Shown: piece after piece, positions 41,453 through 52,667 of the stretch
How the letters are laid out: every line of letters begins with the position of its first letter
How positions within the stretch are numbered: position 1 is the stretch's first letter
Assembly: GCA_963804645.1 (NCBI GenBank)
Contig: CAWDRG010000002.1
Location: 158,095-222,094, forward strand
DNA from: an uncultured Bacillota bacterium
Lineage (GTDB): Bacteria > Sysuimicrobiota > Sysuimicrobiia > Sysuimicrobiales > Segetimicrobiaceae
Reading direction: 5' to 3'
Length of the DNA stretch: 64,000 nt
Program-made: the position numbers and the translations under genes
The notes under the pieces: model-generated
What the model saw: only the letters and a program-made list of their open reading frames with translations
Told to the model about the DNA's origin: nothing
Database searches by the model: none

Positions 41453-43048
41453 CTACTTCCCCACCGTGATGTTCCACGGAATGATCCAGGCCGAGGGCAC
41501 GAATCCCGTGAGCCCCTTTCGCGCCAGCACGAGGCTGTAGAAAACGCCGGGGCGCACGACAGGGGCCTCGCTGTACCAGAGCTGGTGCAGCTTGGACCAG
41601 AGCTGCACGCGCTTTCCCTGGTCGGGCTCCGCGTTGAACGCCGCGAACAACTGGTTCTTGTCCGGCACATCCCACCACCCAGGGTAGGCGCCGGTAAAGA
41701 TGTTCTGCAGCGCCGGGTCAGGCACGAAGCCGCCGCCGGTCACGAACATGTCCCAGTCTTCGGGCTTGGAGCGGCGGTCCAGCACGGTGGCCCACTCCGT
41801 CACCTGCAGGTCCACCTTCAGCCCGGCCTGCTGAAGCTGGCTCGACGCGATGACCGTGCTCTTGAACATGTAGTCGTACTCTTGGGTCGACAGCCAGCGG
41901 ATCGGCTGTCCCGAGTAGCCCGCTTCCTTGGCCAGCGCCCTCGAGCGGTCGGTGTTGTGCACGTCGTACCACTCCGACCCGGCCGTCGTGTACCACGGCG
42001 TCCCCTTCGGGTAGAGGCTCGGATCGAGCGAGTACAGCGCGGGGTTGCCGAAGGTGGCCTGCATGATCGGCTGCATGTCGAGGGCAACCAGCACCGCCTG
42101 GCGCAGCTTAAGATTGGTCATCATCCCCTGCTTCGTGTTGAAGACGAACACCAGGTATGCCCCGGGCCGGACGACGCCGACGTCGACGCGCGGATCGGTC
42201 TTGAGCTGCGCGTACGCGTCCTGGTTGATCTGGTCGGCGATCTGGTAATCGCCGCTCTGCACGCCCGCGATCCGCGTGGCGACCTGCGACACCGGATAGT
42301 AGTAGACGTCATCCGCCAGCGCGTCCCTGCGGCCAGCGTACAGACTGGGCGCCTCGGTCCGTCCGACGAACTGATCGAACCTGGTGACGTGCACGTACCG
42401 GTCCGGCGCCCATTCCACGAACTTGTACGGTCCCGTCCCGATGAACTGCTTGAGCGGGCTCGTGCCGGCGCCGTCCGCGATCTCCTTCGGCATGATCGCG
42501 GCCGCGCCGTTCGGGAGCGCCAGGAACGCCAAGAGCGGCGCAAACGGGGTCTTCATCTTCATGACGACCGTGTCGGGGCCGCTCGCGGTCACCGAGTCGA
42601 CCGCCCGGTACACCGCGACCCCGCGCGGGCTCACCTTTCCCCAGCGGTTCAGCGACGACACCACGTCCGCGCCGGTGAGATCGGCGCCGTTGTGGAACGT
42701 CACGCCCTTGCGTAGGGTGAACGTGTACGTCAGGCCGTCCTTGCTGACGGTATACCCGGAGACGAGGGACGGCTGCACCCGCCAGCCCGCATCGAACGCG
42801 AACAGCTCCTCGAAGATCCCGAGCGTGATCGTGGACGTGAGGTCAGCCGTCGAGGCCACCACGTCCAGCGTGAGCGGCTCACCGATCTCCGCGATCTTCA
42901 GCGTGCCGCCTCTGCCGGGCGCGACCGCGGCCGCAGCACCGGACACCGTCCCGAGCCCCAATCCCGCGGCGGCCCCAGCGCCGGCGATCGTGCCGAGAAA
43001 CGTCCGCCGGGTCACACGTCCCTGACGTACTCGACCGTGGCTGCTCAT
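41453..43048 (-). CDS. Family 5 (peptide/nickel) ABC substrate-binding protein, Tat-exported
   Basis: TRRTFLG Tat motif; YTFTLRKGVTFHNG; IGTGPYKF. Confidence 0.92.
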   Translation of the reverse strand: MSSHGRVRQGRVTRRTFLGTIAGAGAAAGLGLGTVSGAAAAVAPGRGGTLKIAEIGEPLTLDVVASTADLTSTITLGIFEELFAFDAGWRVQPSLVSGYTVSKDGLTYTFTLRKGVTFHNGADLTGADVVSSLNRWGKVSPRGVAVYRAVDSVTASGPDTVVMKMKTPFAPLLAFLALPNGAAAIMPKEIADGAGTSPLKQFIGTGPYKFVEWAPDRYVHVTRFDQFVGRTEAPSLYAGRRDALADDVYYYPVSQVATRIAGVQSGDYQIADQINQDAYAQLKTDPRVDVGVVRPGAYLVFVFNTKQGMMTNLKLRQAVLVALDMQPIMQATFGNPALYSLDPSLYPKGTPWYTTAGSEWYDVHNTDRSRALAKEAGYSGQPIRWLSTQEYDYMFKSTVIASSQLQQAGLKVDLQVTEWATVLDRRSKPEDWDMFVTGGGFVPDPALQNIFTGAYPGWWDVPDKNQLFAAFNAEPDQGKRVQLWSKLHQLWYSEAPVVRPGVFYSLVLARKGLTGFVPSAWIIPWNITVGK

Positions 43049-43376
43049 CGCTCGCCCTCCCGAAGTTGTCATCGGACCGTCGGATCCGCCCGGGTTGCGC
43101 CACGGGCGCTCACCCCACCCCACCGGAGATGGGCGGGTCGCCCGCTTCATCACCACGCCGCGGCCCGCCCCTGGCTTGCCAGCGCATTCCATTTGTCACG
43201 ATCACCCTCCTGCTCCGGCCCGCGCCCGATCGGTGCCGGCGCGCCGGACCGGCCCGGGGGACCGCGGCAGATCGCTGACCATGCAGCGGCGGGGGGGTGC
43301 CCGTGACGGCGAAGGTCGGTGCCGCTGTCCGTCGAATACACAGGCCCGCGTCACCGATGGATTCAGGAGGAACACC

Positions 43377-43769
43377 ATGACATTTTCACCCCCCGCCGGC
43401 CTTCTCGACGTCACGGTGCTACTGATGAGAGTGTTCGTCGCCGTCGTCTTCGCGTGGAGCGGCTGGCACCACCTCCGGAACCCCGACGAACGTAGCAAGA
43501 GCATCGAAATGAGCAAGGGGTTTACCATCTTCCTGGGCGCCGCCGAGGTCTTGGGGGCGGTCGGACTCGCGGTCGGCGTCCTCACTGCGTACGCGGCGCT
43601 GGGCGTGGTGCTGATCATGCTGGGGGCGGCGTATAAGAAGGCGTTTGTCTGGCGCTCCGGGTTCTGGGGCGATAGCGGATCGGACGGCTGGGATTACGAG
43701 GTGATGATCATCCTCATGAACCTCGCCATCGTCGCCACGGACGGCGGGCGATACGTGCTGCTCAGTTAG
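43377..43769 (+). CDS. DoxX family membrane protein
   Basis: RVFVAVVF, EVLGAVGL, GWDY, GGRY; AGGAGG RBS. Confidence 0.85.
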   Translation: MTFSPPAGLLDVTVLLMRVFVAVVFAWSGWHHLRNPDERSKSIEMSKGFTIFLGAAEVLGAVGLAVGVLTAYAALGVVLIMLGAAYKKAFVWRSGFWGDSGSDGWDYEVMIILMNLAIVATDGGRYVLLS

Positions 43770-43785
43770 TGCACGGCCGACCACA

Positions 43786-44798
43786 TCAGGTCGTCGCGGG
43801 AAGCACGGCGATGGCGTGGACGCCGAACGCCCCGGTCCCGGAAGGCCACGGGACGTCCAGTGCCGTCCACGTGCGGCCCGCGTCGCGGGAGCGAAAGACG
43901 CCCCGGTTATTCGCCGCGTACATGGTTCGCGAGTCCGGATCGACAGCGAAGCGGCTCGCCGTCGTGCCGCGCGGCTCGGGGAGCCCTGCCATCGACACCG
44001 TCCACGTCGCGCCGCGGGCACGTCGATAGACGAACGCGTCGGCGTGCGCCGGACGGTACGCGGTCCCTGGCCCCGCCGCGGCCGACGCCACGACCGTCTC
44101 GGGATCCTCCGGGTCGACCGCGATCCCGATGAGGTAGCGGTGCCGGAGACCGTTCACGCGACGCTGCCACGTCTCTCCCGCGTCACGGCTCTCGAAATAA
44201 CCGTCGCCGGCCGCCGAATAGACTCGACCGGGCGCACCCGGCTGGGTCGCCGCTGTGTGGGTGTCGTATGGTCCCCCCGCCACGCGATCCCGCCAGGTCC
44301 GTCCCGCATCATCGGTCCGCACGAGCGCGCCGGCCTCGATGGCGACGAACACGCGGCCAGGCACCGCCGCGTCTGGTTCGATCCACCGCACGTGATGAGT
44401 CTCCGGCCGCGGAGGGAAGCTCCACGTGGGGGCGGATTCGAGGCGCCGAAGGTCCGCCGCTTCCCGCCACGTCTCCCCCCGTCACTGGAGCGGTACAGCG
44501 CGCTCGGTTCGGTCCCAACGTACACCACGCCGAGCGCGTCCACGCGCTCCGTGGGGCTCACCGCGACGGCGGTGACGTCGGCACGTTCGAGCCCCGGGAC
44601 CGCCTCCCAGCTGCGTCCGACATCGGCGCTGCGCCAGACGCCGTGTCCCGAGGTGCCGCAGTACACCCGGGCGCCGTCCCCCTGGTCCGCGGCCAGACAC
44701 GCAGGCGCGAGGCCGGCTAGGCGCTCCTCGACCGTCCACGGAGCGCCGGGCCGGGCAATCAAGACGGAATGCTCGGTCGCGAGCATCACGACGTGCAT
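43786..44798 (-). pseudogene. BNR/YVTN-like beta-propeller protein with a single frameshift
   Basis: Repeated Asp-boxes (RSADVGRSW, RTDDAGRTW, SRDAGETW); frame break at the C6 run 44475-44480. Confidence 0.8.
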
Positions 44799-45012
44799 CT
44801 CATGAGTCTCCTTCCACCGTCACGGTTGGACAGCCGCGGACCGGGTCCTCTTCCGGTCTCGGAGCCGCACCGTGCCACGGTGCCGGCCCGGCCGAGTCGG
44901 GCGACCCGGGTTGGCCGCCGTCTCCCGGTGCGCCGACGGCCTCGCGCGGCGGCCCAAGGCCGCGCGGGCTGCGGTCGCGAAGATACGCACCAACGCGGCA
45001 CACGGAGGACGG

Positions 45013-46107
45013 ATGACCATGCTGGTTGTCGACAGCCATTTGGATCTGTCTCTGAATGCGCTCCAATTGAATCGCGATCTGCTCAGCTCGGCGTACACGA
45101 TTCGCGCCCTCGAGGCCAGTACGCCCGGGCGGGGGCGCGGACAAGGCACCGTGGCATTTCCAGAGATGCGCCGCGGGAGGGTCGCCCTCAGCTTCGCCAC
45201 GGTGCTCGCGCGGTCCACCGGACGCCCCGAACCCCATATCGATTTCGCCACGCCGGCTCAGGCGCACGGGATCGCGTGGGGCCAGCTCGGATACTACCAC
45301 GCGCTGGCGCACCAGGGCCACGTCCGGATCGTGCACGATCTGCCTGAGCTGAGCACGCATTTCGCGGAATGGGACGCCTGGGATCTCCACACGCCACCCA
45401 CGGACGCCGCTCCGGCGTCGCCGCCGCCCGGCCTCGTCATCGCGATGGAAGGCGCCGATCCGATTCTCGCCCCGGAACATCTGCGGACATGGTGGAACGC
45501 GGGGCTGCGGCTGCTCGGCCTCGCGCATTTCGGCCCCGGCCGATACGCCGGGGGCACCGGCACCGAGGTCGGCCTGACCGATCTCGGAAGGCGGCTGCTG
45601 CCGGAGATGGAGCGCGTCGGCGTCATCCTGGATCTGTCCCACAGCTCGGATCAAGCGTTCTGGGAGGCGATGGCGCACTATCGCGGCCCGGTGCACGCGA
45701 GCCACACCAACTGCCGCGCGATCAACCCTCACCAGCGCCAGTTTGCCGACGAGCAGATCCGCGCGCTCGTCGAGCGCGGGGGAGTGATCGGGGTGGTTCC
45801 CGGCTGCTGGCAGATGCGGTTCGGGTGGCGCAACGGAGACAGCAACAAGGACATCAGTCTCGCGGACCTGATCGAGCACATCGATCACATCTGCCAGATC
45901 GCCGGCAGCGCCCGGCATGTGGGGATCGGGAGCGATCTCGACGGCGGGGTCGGGCGCGAGGGGTTTGCCCGCGATCTGGATACGATCGTCGATCTGCAGC
46001 GCATCGGCGAGCTGCTCGCGTCCCGCGGATATCCTCGGGAGGACGTGGCCGCAATCATGCACGGAAACTGGACCAGCTTCCTGCGGCGCGCCTGGGGATC
46101 CGCCTGA
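45013..46107 (+). CDS. Membrane dipeptidase (peptidase M19)
   Basis: DSHLD, MEGA, DLSH, ASHTN, GIGSDLDG. Confidence 0.92.
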   Translation: MTMLVVDSHLDLSLNALQLNRDLLSSAYTIRALEASTPGRGRGQGTVAFPEMRRGRVALSFATVLARSTGRPEPHIDFATPAQAHGIAWGQLGYYHALAHQGHVRIVHDLPELSTHFAEWDAWDLHTPPTDAAPASPPPGLVIAMEGADPILAPEHLRTWWNAGLRLLGLAHFGPGRYAGGTGTEVGLTDLGRRLLPEMERVGVILDLSHSSDQAFWEAMAHYRGPVHASHTNCRAINPHQRQFADEQIRALVERGGVIGVVPGCWQMRFGWRNGDSNKDISLADLIEHIDHICQIAGSARHVGIGSDLDGGVGREGFARDLDTIVDLQRIGELLASRGYPREDVAAIMHGNWTSFLRRAWGSA

Positions 46108-46282
46108 CGCGTTCATCGGAATCCGGCGCACCCTCTGCTCGCACGGGGCAGGCACGCTTGACGGCACCTGGAAGCTGCTCCGTATCGAAGAACGGCGGGA
46201 GACGGCCGCGCCTTCGTAGTCCCCGCGACGCCTGCGGCACTCGACGCACGAGCGTGACGCACCAGGCCGCACGCCGCGGGAC

Positions 46283-47272
46283 TCATCGATCGGGGCGTCG
46301 TCCCGTCGGCCGCGCGGCGAACTCGTCGGTCGCGCGGATCAGAGCGGTCGTGATGCCGGGGTCGGCCGGGGAATGCCCCGCGTCGTCGACGATCACAAGT
46401 TCGGCGCGCGGCCACACGCGCTTGAGCGCCCACGCGTTCGCGATCGGTGCCTGGAAGTCGAAGCGACCGTTCACGAGGATCCCGGGGATGTCCGCCAGCG
46501 CCGCGGCGTCGCGGAGCAGACTCCCATCCTCAATCCAGGCGTCATGCCGCACGTAATGGGTGACAAGGCGCGCGAACGCCATCGCATACGACGGGTCCGC
46601 AAACCTTCGGGCCAACCCGTCGGTCGGGGGCCATGCCACGGTCGCGGACTCCCACAGACACCATTCGAACGCGGCTCGCCGCCGGACCTCGGGGTCGGAA
46701 TCGTGCAGCAGCCGGTGATAGGCCTCGACAAGATCGCCGTCCCGGTCTGCCGCCGGCAGCGCGCTTCGCAGACGTTCCCACTGCTGGGGGAAGAACGCCG
46801 CCACACCGCCCCGGAACAACCAGTCGAACTCCCGGCGCCGTCCGGTCGTGACACCACACAGAATCATCCCGCTGACCTGCGGGGGATGCCGCTCCGCGTA
46901 GGCGAGCGCCAGCGTACTCCCCCAGGACCCACCGAACACCAGCCACCGCCCGATGTCCAGGCGGTGACGCAGCCGCTCGATATCATCGATCAGGTGCGGC
47001 GTCGTGTTGCTGGTCAGGTCGGTCCCGGGATCGCTTGCGTGCGGCGTGCTCCGCCCGCACGCCCGCTGATCGAACAGCACGACGCGGTAGAGACTGGGAT
47101 CGAACAGCCGGCGGTGCCACGCCGTAGACCCGGACCCAGGACCGCCGTGCAGGACGACGGCCGGCGTCCCGCGCGGGTTGCCGCACGACTCCCAGTACAC
47201 GAGGTTGCCGTCTCCGACATCCAACGTGCCGTGCGCGTGGGGGCTCACGTCCGGATAGAGACCCGCCGCCAT
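46283..47272 (-). CDS. pip: Prolyl aminopeptidase
   Basis: HGGPG, DQRACGRS, GGSWG, GRFD, AGH. Confidence 0.92.
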   Translation of the reverse strand: MAAGLYPDVSPHAHGTLDVGDGNLVYWESCGNPRGTPAVVLHGGPGSGSTAWHRRLFDPSLYRVVLFDQRACGRSTPHASDPGTDLTSNTTPHLIDDIERLRHRLDIGRWLVFGGSWGSTLALAYAERHPPQVSGMILCGVTTGRRREFDWLFRGGVAAFFPQQWERLRSALPAADRDGDLVEAYHRLLHDSDPEVRRRAAFEWCLWESATVAWPPTDGLARRFADPSYAMAFARLVTHYVRHDAWIEDGSLLRDAAALADIPGILVNGRFDFQAPIANAWALKRVWPRAELVIVDDAGHSPADPGITTALIRATDEFAARPTGRRPDR

Positions 47273-47293
47273 GTCATCCCACCGAGAGGCGGC

Positions 47294-47821
47294 TTAGATG
47301 CGGTTGACCGTGATGTACGTGACGACGTCCCACGCGTTGCGGATTCCAATGAAAATCAGCAGCACCACGCCCCCTGCAAGCACAAACAGCGCGTGCGCCG
47401 GCACGGCCGCCAGGGCGATCCCGCCTGCGACGATCGCGCCGTCCGCGACAAAGGGCAGGATCGTGTACCACGCCCAGTCCTCGAGATCCGCCCGGTACAC
47501 GGTGAGCCGCTTCGCTCGATAGGCGATCCGCACGATGTACACGACGCCGTAGAGGCCGATGAGCGCGGCCGCCGCCCCCGGGTATATCAGCGACGACCAC
47601 GGCGCGATCAGCACGGCCGAGACGAGCAGCGCCGCGGCGAAGTGCATGACGGTCGGCGTGCTGAACGTCGCGATCCCGTCGTGGGTACCTTCCGTGCGCT
47701 CCCGCGCGGTGATCAGGCTGATCACGACGAACATGAGGCCGGTCAACGCGGCGGCCGACGAGCCTGTCATGGTGTAGAAGCTCGCCCATGCGGTGAGAAA
47801 CGGCGACACGGCACCGGCCAT
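47294..47821 (-). CDS. Hypothetical membrane protein
   Basis: W..F....GSSAAALTGLMFVVIS...GIRNAWD; multiple TM helices. Confidence 0.75.
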   Translation of the reverse strand: MAGAVSPFLTAWASFYTMTGSSAAALTGLMFVVISLITARERTEGTHDGIATFSTPTVMHFAAALLVSAVLIAPWSSLIYPGAAAALIGLYGVVYIVRIAYRAKRLTVYRADLEDWAWYTILPFVADGAIVAGGIALAAVPAHALFVLAGGVVLLIFIGIRNAWDVVTYITVNRI

Positions 47822-47827
47822 CGTCGG

Positions 47828-49153
47828 TCAGCCGGCGTCCGCGCCGAGCGCCCGTGCCGCCTCGGCGGCGGCGCGCACGCCGGTTTCGAGCGCGCCGTTG
47901 ACCGTCCCGCCTTGGCCGTCGCTCGACGTGGCTTCGCCCGCGAAGAACAGCGTGTCGTCGACCGGCGCCGCAAGCGCCGCGCGCGCATCGCGGCGTCCCA
48001 CCGCCACGTAGCTGTACGCGCCGCGTGCGAATGGGTCGCGGCTCCAATCGTACGTCAGACCGCCGTCGAACTCCGTGCGCGCAAGTTCGGGCGCATTGAA
48101 CAGCGCCCCAAACCCGTCGCGCGCGCGCTCGATGCGGTCCACCTCGGCCAGGCCGCTCAGGGCGACCGCGTTCGGGCCGCCGACCCACGCGACGACCAGC
48201 GTGCTGCGCACCGGGACCTGGGTCCAATACGTGGGAAACGGCTGCCGGTCGCAACGAAAGAACGCGGCGTCGCGGTATCGCGCGTGCTGCACGACCTCCC
48301 AGAAGGCCGTCCTGAACGCTAAGGCCACCTTGCTCACGTGGCCCATTTCGATGCTCGACAGCCCGGCGTGTTTGGCGGAGGGCAGGGTCGGGTCGAACTC
48401 CACCGCCGTGTTGTCGCCGCGGTGACGCAGCACGCCGACCGGAAGCGTGAGAATCGCGGTCCGCGCCTGCATCGTCTGCCGCTCGCCGCCGCGAGTCACC
48501 TCGATCACCACGCCGCCGCGCCGCCACGAAATTCGACGCACGACGGTTGAGAGGTGCAGTTGCACGCCCGCGGCGACGCAGCGATCATGGAGCAGCGCGA
48601 CCATCGGCCGGTACCCGTCGACCGGCCGGGCGCTCGAGCTGTCGACGCCCGATCGCCACTCCTCGGCGATCGCGCGCACGCTTGCGACCGACGGATCGGC
48701 GGCATCGAATCCTTCGACGAACGCCCGCGCCGACCGTGCCCGTTCGCGCGTCGCGTCTGCCCGCTCGAAGCGACGCAGAAATCGGTCGACGGTCTCGTCG
48801 ACGGCGAGGGCACGGGCCGTCTCGAAGATGCCGGCCGCCGACGACCACTCGGACTCATCGCGCAGGAGCTCTCCGTCCATGGAACACATCCATCCCTCGC
48901 CCCCCGTCGGGACGGCCGCGATGCCCGCCCCGCGAAGCAAGCGCATCGTCAGCTCGGCCCGACCGTGGATGAACTCCGCCCCCAGTTCCGCTGGCGTTCC
49001 GGTTCGCGCAACCGGGCACGACCACACGCGGCCGCCGACGCGGTCGCGCGCCTCCAGCAGCACCACGCGCACCGAGCGACCGGCCAGGCCGTGCGCCGCC
49101 GCCAGGCCCGCCGTGCCAGCGCCCACCACGATGGTGTCCGCGTCCACGCACAC
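47828..49153 (-). CDS. Flavin-containing amine oxidase family protein
   Basis: GAGTAG, EARDRVGGR, ELGAEFIHG, GAYS, FAGEAT, GTVNGA. Confidence 0.9.
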   Translation of the reverse strand: MCVDADTIVVGAGTAGLAAAHGLAGRSVRVVLLEARDRVGGRVWSCPVARTGTPAELGAEFIHGRAELTMRLLRGAGIAAVPTGGEGWMCSMDGELLRDESEWSSAAGIFETARALAVDETVDRFLRRFERADATRERARSARAFVEGFDAADPSVASVRAIAEEWRSGVDSSSARPVDGYRPMVALLHDRCVAAGVQLHLSTVVRRISWRRGGVVIEVTRGGERQTMQARTAILTLPVGVLRHRGDNTAVEFDPTLPSAKHAGLSSIEMGHVSKVALAFRTAFWEVVQHARYRDAAFFRCDRQPFPTYWTQVPVRSTLVVAWVGGPNAVALSGLAEVDRIERARDGFGALFNAPELARTEFDGGLTYDWSRDPFARGAYSYVAVGRRDARAALAAPVDDTLFFAGEATSSDGQGGTVNGALETGVRAAAEAARALGADAG

Positions 49154-49257
49154 CAGTATATCAGCCTCGGCGGCACCGCCGTATGGAGCCGTCGAGACGG
49201 TCGCGGCCGCGTCGGCGTCGCTCGGCGAGGGTGGATGCCGTCGGGGTGACCATTCGC

Positions 49258-49953
49258 TTACAGCAGCGACACTCTCCCGGTCGCCAGCTCGTAGTACGCG
49301 GCGGCGATCTTGAGCTTTCCGGCCTGCAGCAGCTCAGACAGCGCGGGTGACGACGTCCGCAGCAAATCCGCTTGGATCATTGCGTTGGCTTTGATCGCTG
49401 CCTCGAGGTTGGATCCGGCCCGCTCCACGGCCGGGCGGATGTGGGGGAAGAGACTGGTGATCTGGCCCGGCGCCGGTTTGTTCGCAATTGCGGCCGAAAC
49501 GGCCCCGCAGCCCCCGTGGCCGAGGACCAGAATCAGCGGGGTGCCGAGGACCACCGCCCCGTACTCCAGGCTCCCAATAATCTCCGGCGTCACGATGTTG
49601 CCGGCGACCCGACACACGAAGACGTGCCCGATGCTCTGGTCGAATGCAATTTCCACCGGAACGCGGGAGTCGGCGCACGACAACACGGCAGCAAAGGGTT
49701 CCTGCTTCTGCGCGCTGCCCTGCTTGAGGATTGCCAAGTCCTCGTTGAAGGCGGTCAGGGCGCCGTTGACGTACCGGGCGTTGCCGTCCAGGAGCCGGTC
49801 GAGCGCCTGGCTCGGGGACAGCGCGGTCTGGGCCCCGGCGGGGGCGGACGACGAGGCGACCGCCCCCGCGCCGCTCACCACACCGAGTACCGCCGCCGCG
49901 GCCAAGAGATCCCTGCGGGACAGGCGTCCTTCGAGATTACGTTTCATCGTCAC
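49258..49953 (-). CDS. Beta-class carbonic anhydrase, Tat-exported
   Basis: SRRDLL Tat motif; CADSRV, RVAGN, HGGCGAV zinc ligands. Confidence 0.93.
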   Translation of the reverse strand: MTMKRNLEGRLSRRDLLAAAAVLGVVSGAGAVASSSAPAGAQTALSPSQALDRLLDGNARYVNGALTAFNEDLAILKQGSAQKQEPFAAVLSCADSRVPVEIAFDQSIGHVFVCRVAGNIVTPEIIGSLEYGAVVLGTPLILVLGHGGCGAVSAAIANKPAPGQITSLFPHIRPAVERAGSNLEAAIKANAMIQADLLRTSSPALSELLQAGKLKIAAAYYELATGRVSLL

Positions 49954-50409
49954 GCGTGCACCCCTCTCTCACCGAACTCGCGTCGCGCTCAGAGGCGGAG
50001 ATGACCGAACGGAACAGCGCGACGCGCCGTCATCTGCAATGGCGTACCGTGCCATCGTACGCCCGCTTGAAAGTCGATTTTTCCACCGGTTCGATTGTCT
50101 GTTCCGGGGCACCTGCTGTGAAAGAAGTCTCGTTGTCTCGTCGCGGAAAGGTGTGACTGCTCGTCCCCTGTTCCGCGTGCCATCGTGAGGCGATCGCGCG
50201 CACTACCGAGTTTCCGGACGGGGTCCGCTCAACCTCCGGCCGCCAACTCGGACGCAAGAGCGTATGCTAACCGTAAGAGATCCTGGCGCCATCGGCACTC
50301 CAGACGGTCGATGCGGGTCGAGTCCAAGCCGCTGCACGTTCAGGGGAGAGATGGGTGATGTTTCTGCTCCGGGTGTTCACGGATCGCCAGCGCCGCAGGG
50401 GGAGTGTCC

Positions 50410-51132
50410 ATGTTTCCCTATGACGCCGCGTTGGCCGCCGCGGTGCAAACGCCTCCGCAGACGATCGACGGGGTACTGCAAACGATGCGGGCGATCGATG
50501 CCACGTGCGCCGACGCCGACGGCCTGAAATGGTTCAACGGGCTGTATCTGCAAGTGACCGAAGCCGTCGCGGCCCGCGTCGCCGCTGGCACCTTCGCCGA
50601 CTCGGCATGGATCGCCAACCTGGATGTCCAGTTTGCGCTGCTGTACTTTAGCGCTCTGCAAGCGCAGCTGTCCGAGGCGCCCTGCCCAGCGTGCTGGAGG
50701 GTCCTCTTCGATTGTCGCAACAACCCCGCCATTGCGCGGATCCAGTTCGCACTCGCCGGCATCAATGCGCACATCAACTACAATCTCTCGGCCGCGATCG
50801 TCGTCACCTGCCAGGCGACACACACGGTCCCGCAGCAGGAGACTCAACAGTACAACGACTACACGTCGCTGAACCCGACGTTGAGCGGGATCATCGACAC
50901 CGCCAAGCAGACGTTGCAGGTTCGCCTCCCGGGCGATCCGCTTCCAGCGGTGTCTCACCTGGAGAACATCATCGCCGCGTGGGACGTCGGTGCGGCGCGT
51001 GACGCCGCGTGGACCAACGGTGAGCTCCTGTGGCACCTGCGAGATGTCCCTGCGCTCAGCTCACGCTTTCTGGATACACTCGACGGCTCCGTGACCGTCA
51101 TCGGAAAGACCCTTCTCGTGCCGGTGCCCTAA
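50410..51132 (+). CDS. DUF5995-like protein
   Basis: DGLKWFNGLYL.VT, LDVQFA, LAGINAHINYNL. Confidence 0.75.
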   Translation: MFPYDAALAAAVQTPPQTIDGVLQTMRAIDATCADADGLKWFNGLYLQVTEAVAARVAAGTFADSAWIANLDVQFALLYFSALQAQLSEAPCPACWRVLFDCRNNPAIARIQFALAGINAHINYNLSAAIVVTCQATHTVPQQETQQYNDYTSLNPTLSGIIDTAKQTLQVRLPGDPLPAVSHLENIIAAWDVGAARDAAWTNGELLWHLRDVPALSSRFLDTLDGSVTVIGKTLLVPVP

Positions 51133-51174
51133 CCGCGGCGCGAACCTGTGCCGAACGCGGATGCCGCCGGAGCC

Positions 51175-51318
51175 CACGAACCCGTTCCAGTCGGCAGAAC
51201 ATACATCAAACGGGGTGCGGAGCATCGTGTCCCCCAGTTTCGGTTGAGAATCTGGCGCGTGCGACTCTTCTACAATATCCAAGGCGAACACGTCCATATC
51301 CTGGCGGTCGTACCGAGG
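51175..51318 (+). pseudogene. Degenerate relE-like toxin fragment
   Basis: Aligns at DNA and protein level with 62670-62810 (PQFRLRI..VR.FY.I.GE.VHILA.VP). Confidence 0.7.
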
Positions 51319-51459
51319 TGTTCGTGCGCCGTGCTCGTGAGCGGCGTCATGCGAAAGAACACCGCAGGCGCAACGCGTGCTCATTCATCGCGGCTGAACT
51401 GCCGACATGCCCCACTTACACGGATCAGAAGTACTGCCGCGTAGCGTGAGGGAACCGCG

Positions 51460-52581
51460 ATGGAGGGCCGGGGCTTGGGAGCGGCGAAATCGTCTGTCAG
51501 GGAGATGATGCGTAGCCGCCGGCAGGCCAATAACCAAGCATTGGAGCTCTACGAACCGGTCGAGCGGATGATGCATCCGCGAGCCAGCACGATAAATCGT
51601 TACAACAAGGATCAGTCAGGCACGAAGGAGTATCGCTTCAACTCTCTGGGCTTTCGCGGTGAGGATGTTGATCCGACCTCGGAACACAGGATTTTTGTCG
51701 CCGGATGTAGCCTGACCTTTGGCGACGGGCTCGACCTCGCTGAAACGTGGCCATTCCGGTTCCGGGAGAAATACGCCGCGAGACACGGGTGTCCGCCACA
51801 ACGTGTTAACCTGCTGAACTTCAGTGTGTCTGGTGCCTCGAACGACCGAATCGTTCACACTGTTCTGCCGCAGTGCAGCGTCGTCCGGCCTGATCTGCTC
51901 CTCGTGCAGTTCACTTACTCCAACAGAACCGAATACCTCCAAGGCTCGGATGTTTCCCGAATCGGACCGTGGATGGACCTGCGGCTCGACCCGTCCGGCG
52001 TGACGAAGATTGGCGACGAGAAGCTCCGAGTATCGGGGCTCGAAGAGGCGGCGCTCTACTACTACGGCTTCTACACGCAAGAATGGGGATTGGCCTCGAC
52101 GCTCCGTAACATCCTTCTCGTACAAAGCTATTGCAAGGCGCATGGGATACCCCAGCTCTGCTGGTGGGTTCATGACCTCGGTGAAGAAATGTCACGGTGT
52201 TCCGGGAACAGGGTCTGCAAAGTATTGCACGACCTCGTCGATCTGGCGCACTTTTGCGACGTCCCACTCGAGCTGCTTGAGGTGGACAGGGCGGCTGACG
52301 ACATTCACCCTGGTCCCAGAGCGCATCATGCGATCGCGGATTGGCTGTTCGCACGGTACGAAGCTCTGGCCGCTGGTGAAGCGCATGGTAAGAACTTGCG
52401 TGCGACCGATGGATCGAACAGAGCAACCAGGGCATGGAACGAAGATGCCGTTCTGAGCACAATGAATCCCGGTGGCCAAACCCGTACATGGAGTAGCTAC
52501 ATCAAGAGCAGGATCGGCCAGATACGACAGAAGGTTGCGGGTATTCGGAAACGGGACCGCAACATTTATCCGCTCTACTGA
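51460..52581 (+). CDS. SGNH/GDSL-like hydrolase-fold protein
   Basis: NSLGFRG, GCSLTFG, NFSVSGASND, DDIHPG. Confidence 0.75.
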   Translation: MEGRGLGAAKSSVREMMRSRRQANNQALELYEPVERMMHPRASTINRYNKDQSGTKEYRFNSLGFRGEDVDPTSEHRIFVAGCSLTFGDGLDLAETWPFRFREKYAARHGCPPQRVNLLNFSVSGASNDRIVHTVLPQCSVVRPDLLLVQFTYSNRTEYLQGSDVSRIGPWMDLRLDPSGVTKIGDEKLRVSGLEEAALYYYGFYTQEWGLASTLRNILLVQSYCKAHGIPQLCWWVHDLGEEMSRCSGNRVCKVLHDLVDLAHFCDVPLELLEVDRAADDIHPGPRAHHAIADWLFARYEALAAGEAHGKNLRATDGSNRATRAWNEDAVLSTMNPGGQTRTWSSYIKSRIGQIRQKVAGIRKRDRNIYPLY

Positions 52582-52667
52582 TCAACCAGGGGACGCGGGA
52601 AAATGCGGTGGAAAGACACGGAGGGCCATGCTGGCGAAGATTTCGTTCCCCGCTACCCGAACACCGA

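Noticed and set aside
44475..44480. Phase-variable homopolymer in the beta-propeller gene
   Set aside because: A 6-nt run is short for phase variation; a sequencing indel or simple mutation is more likely
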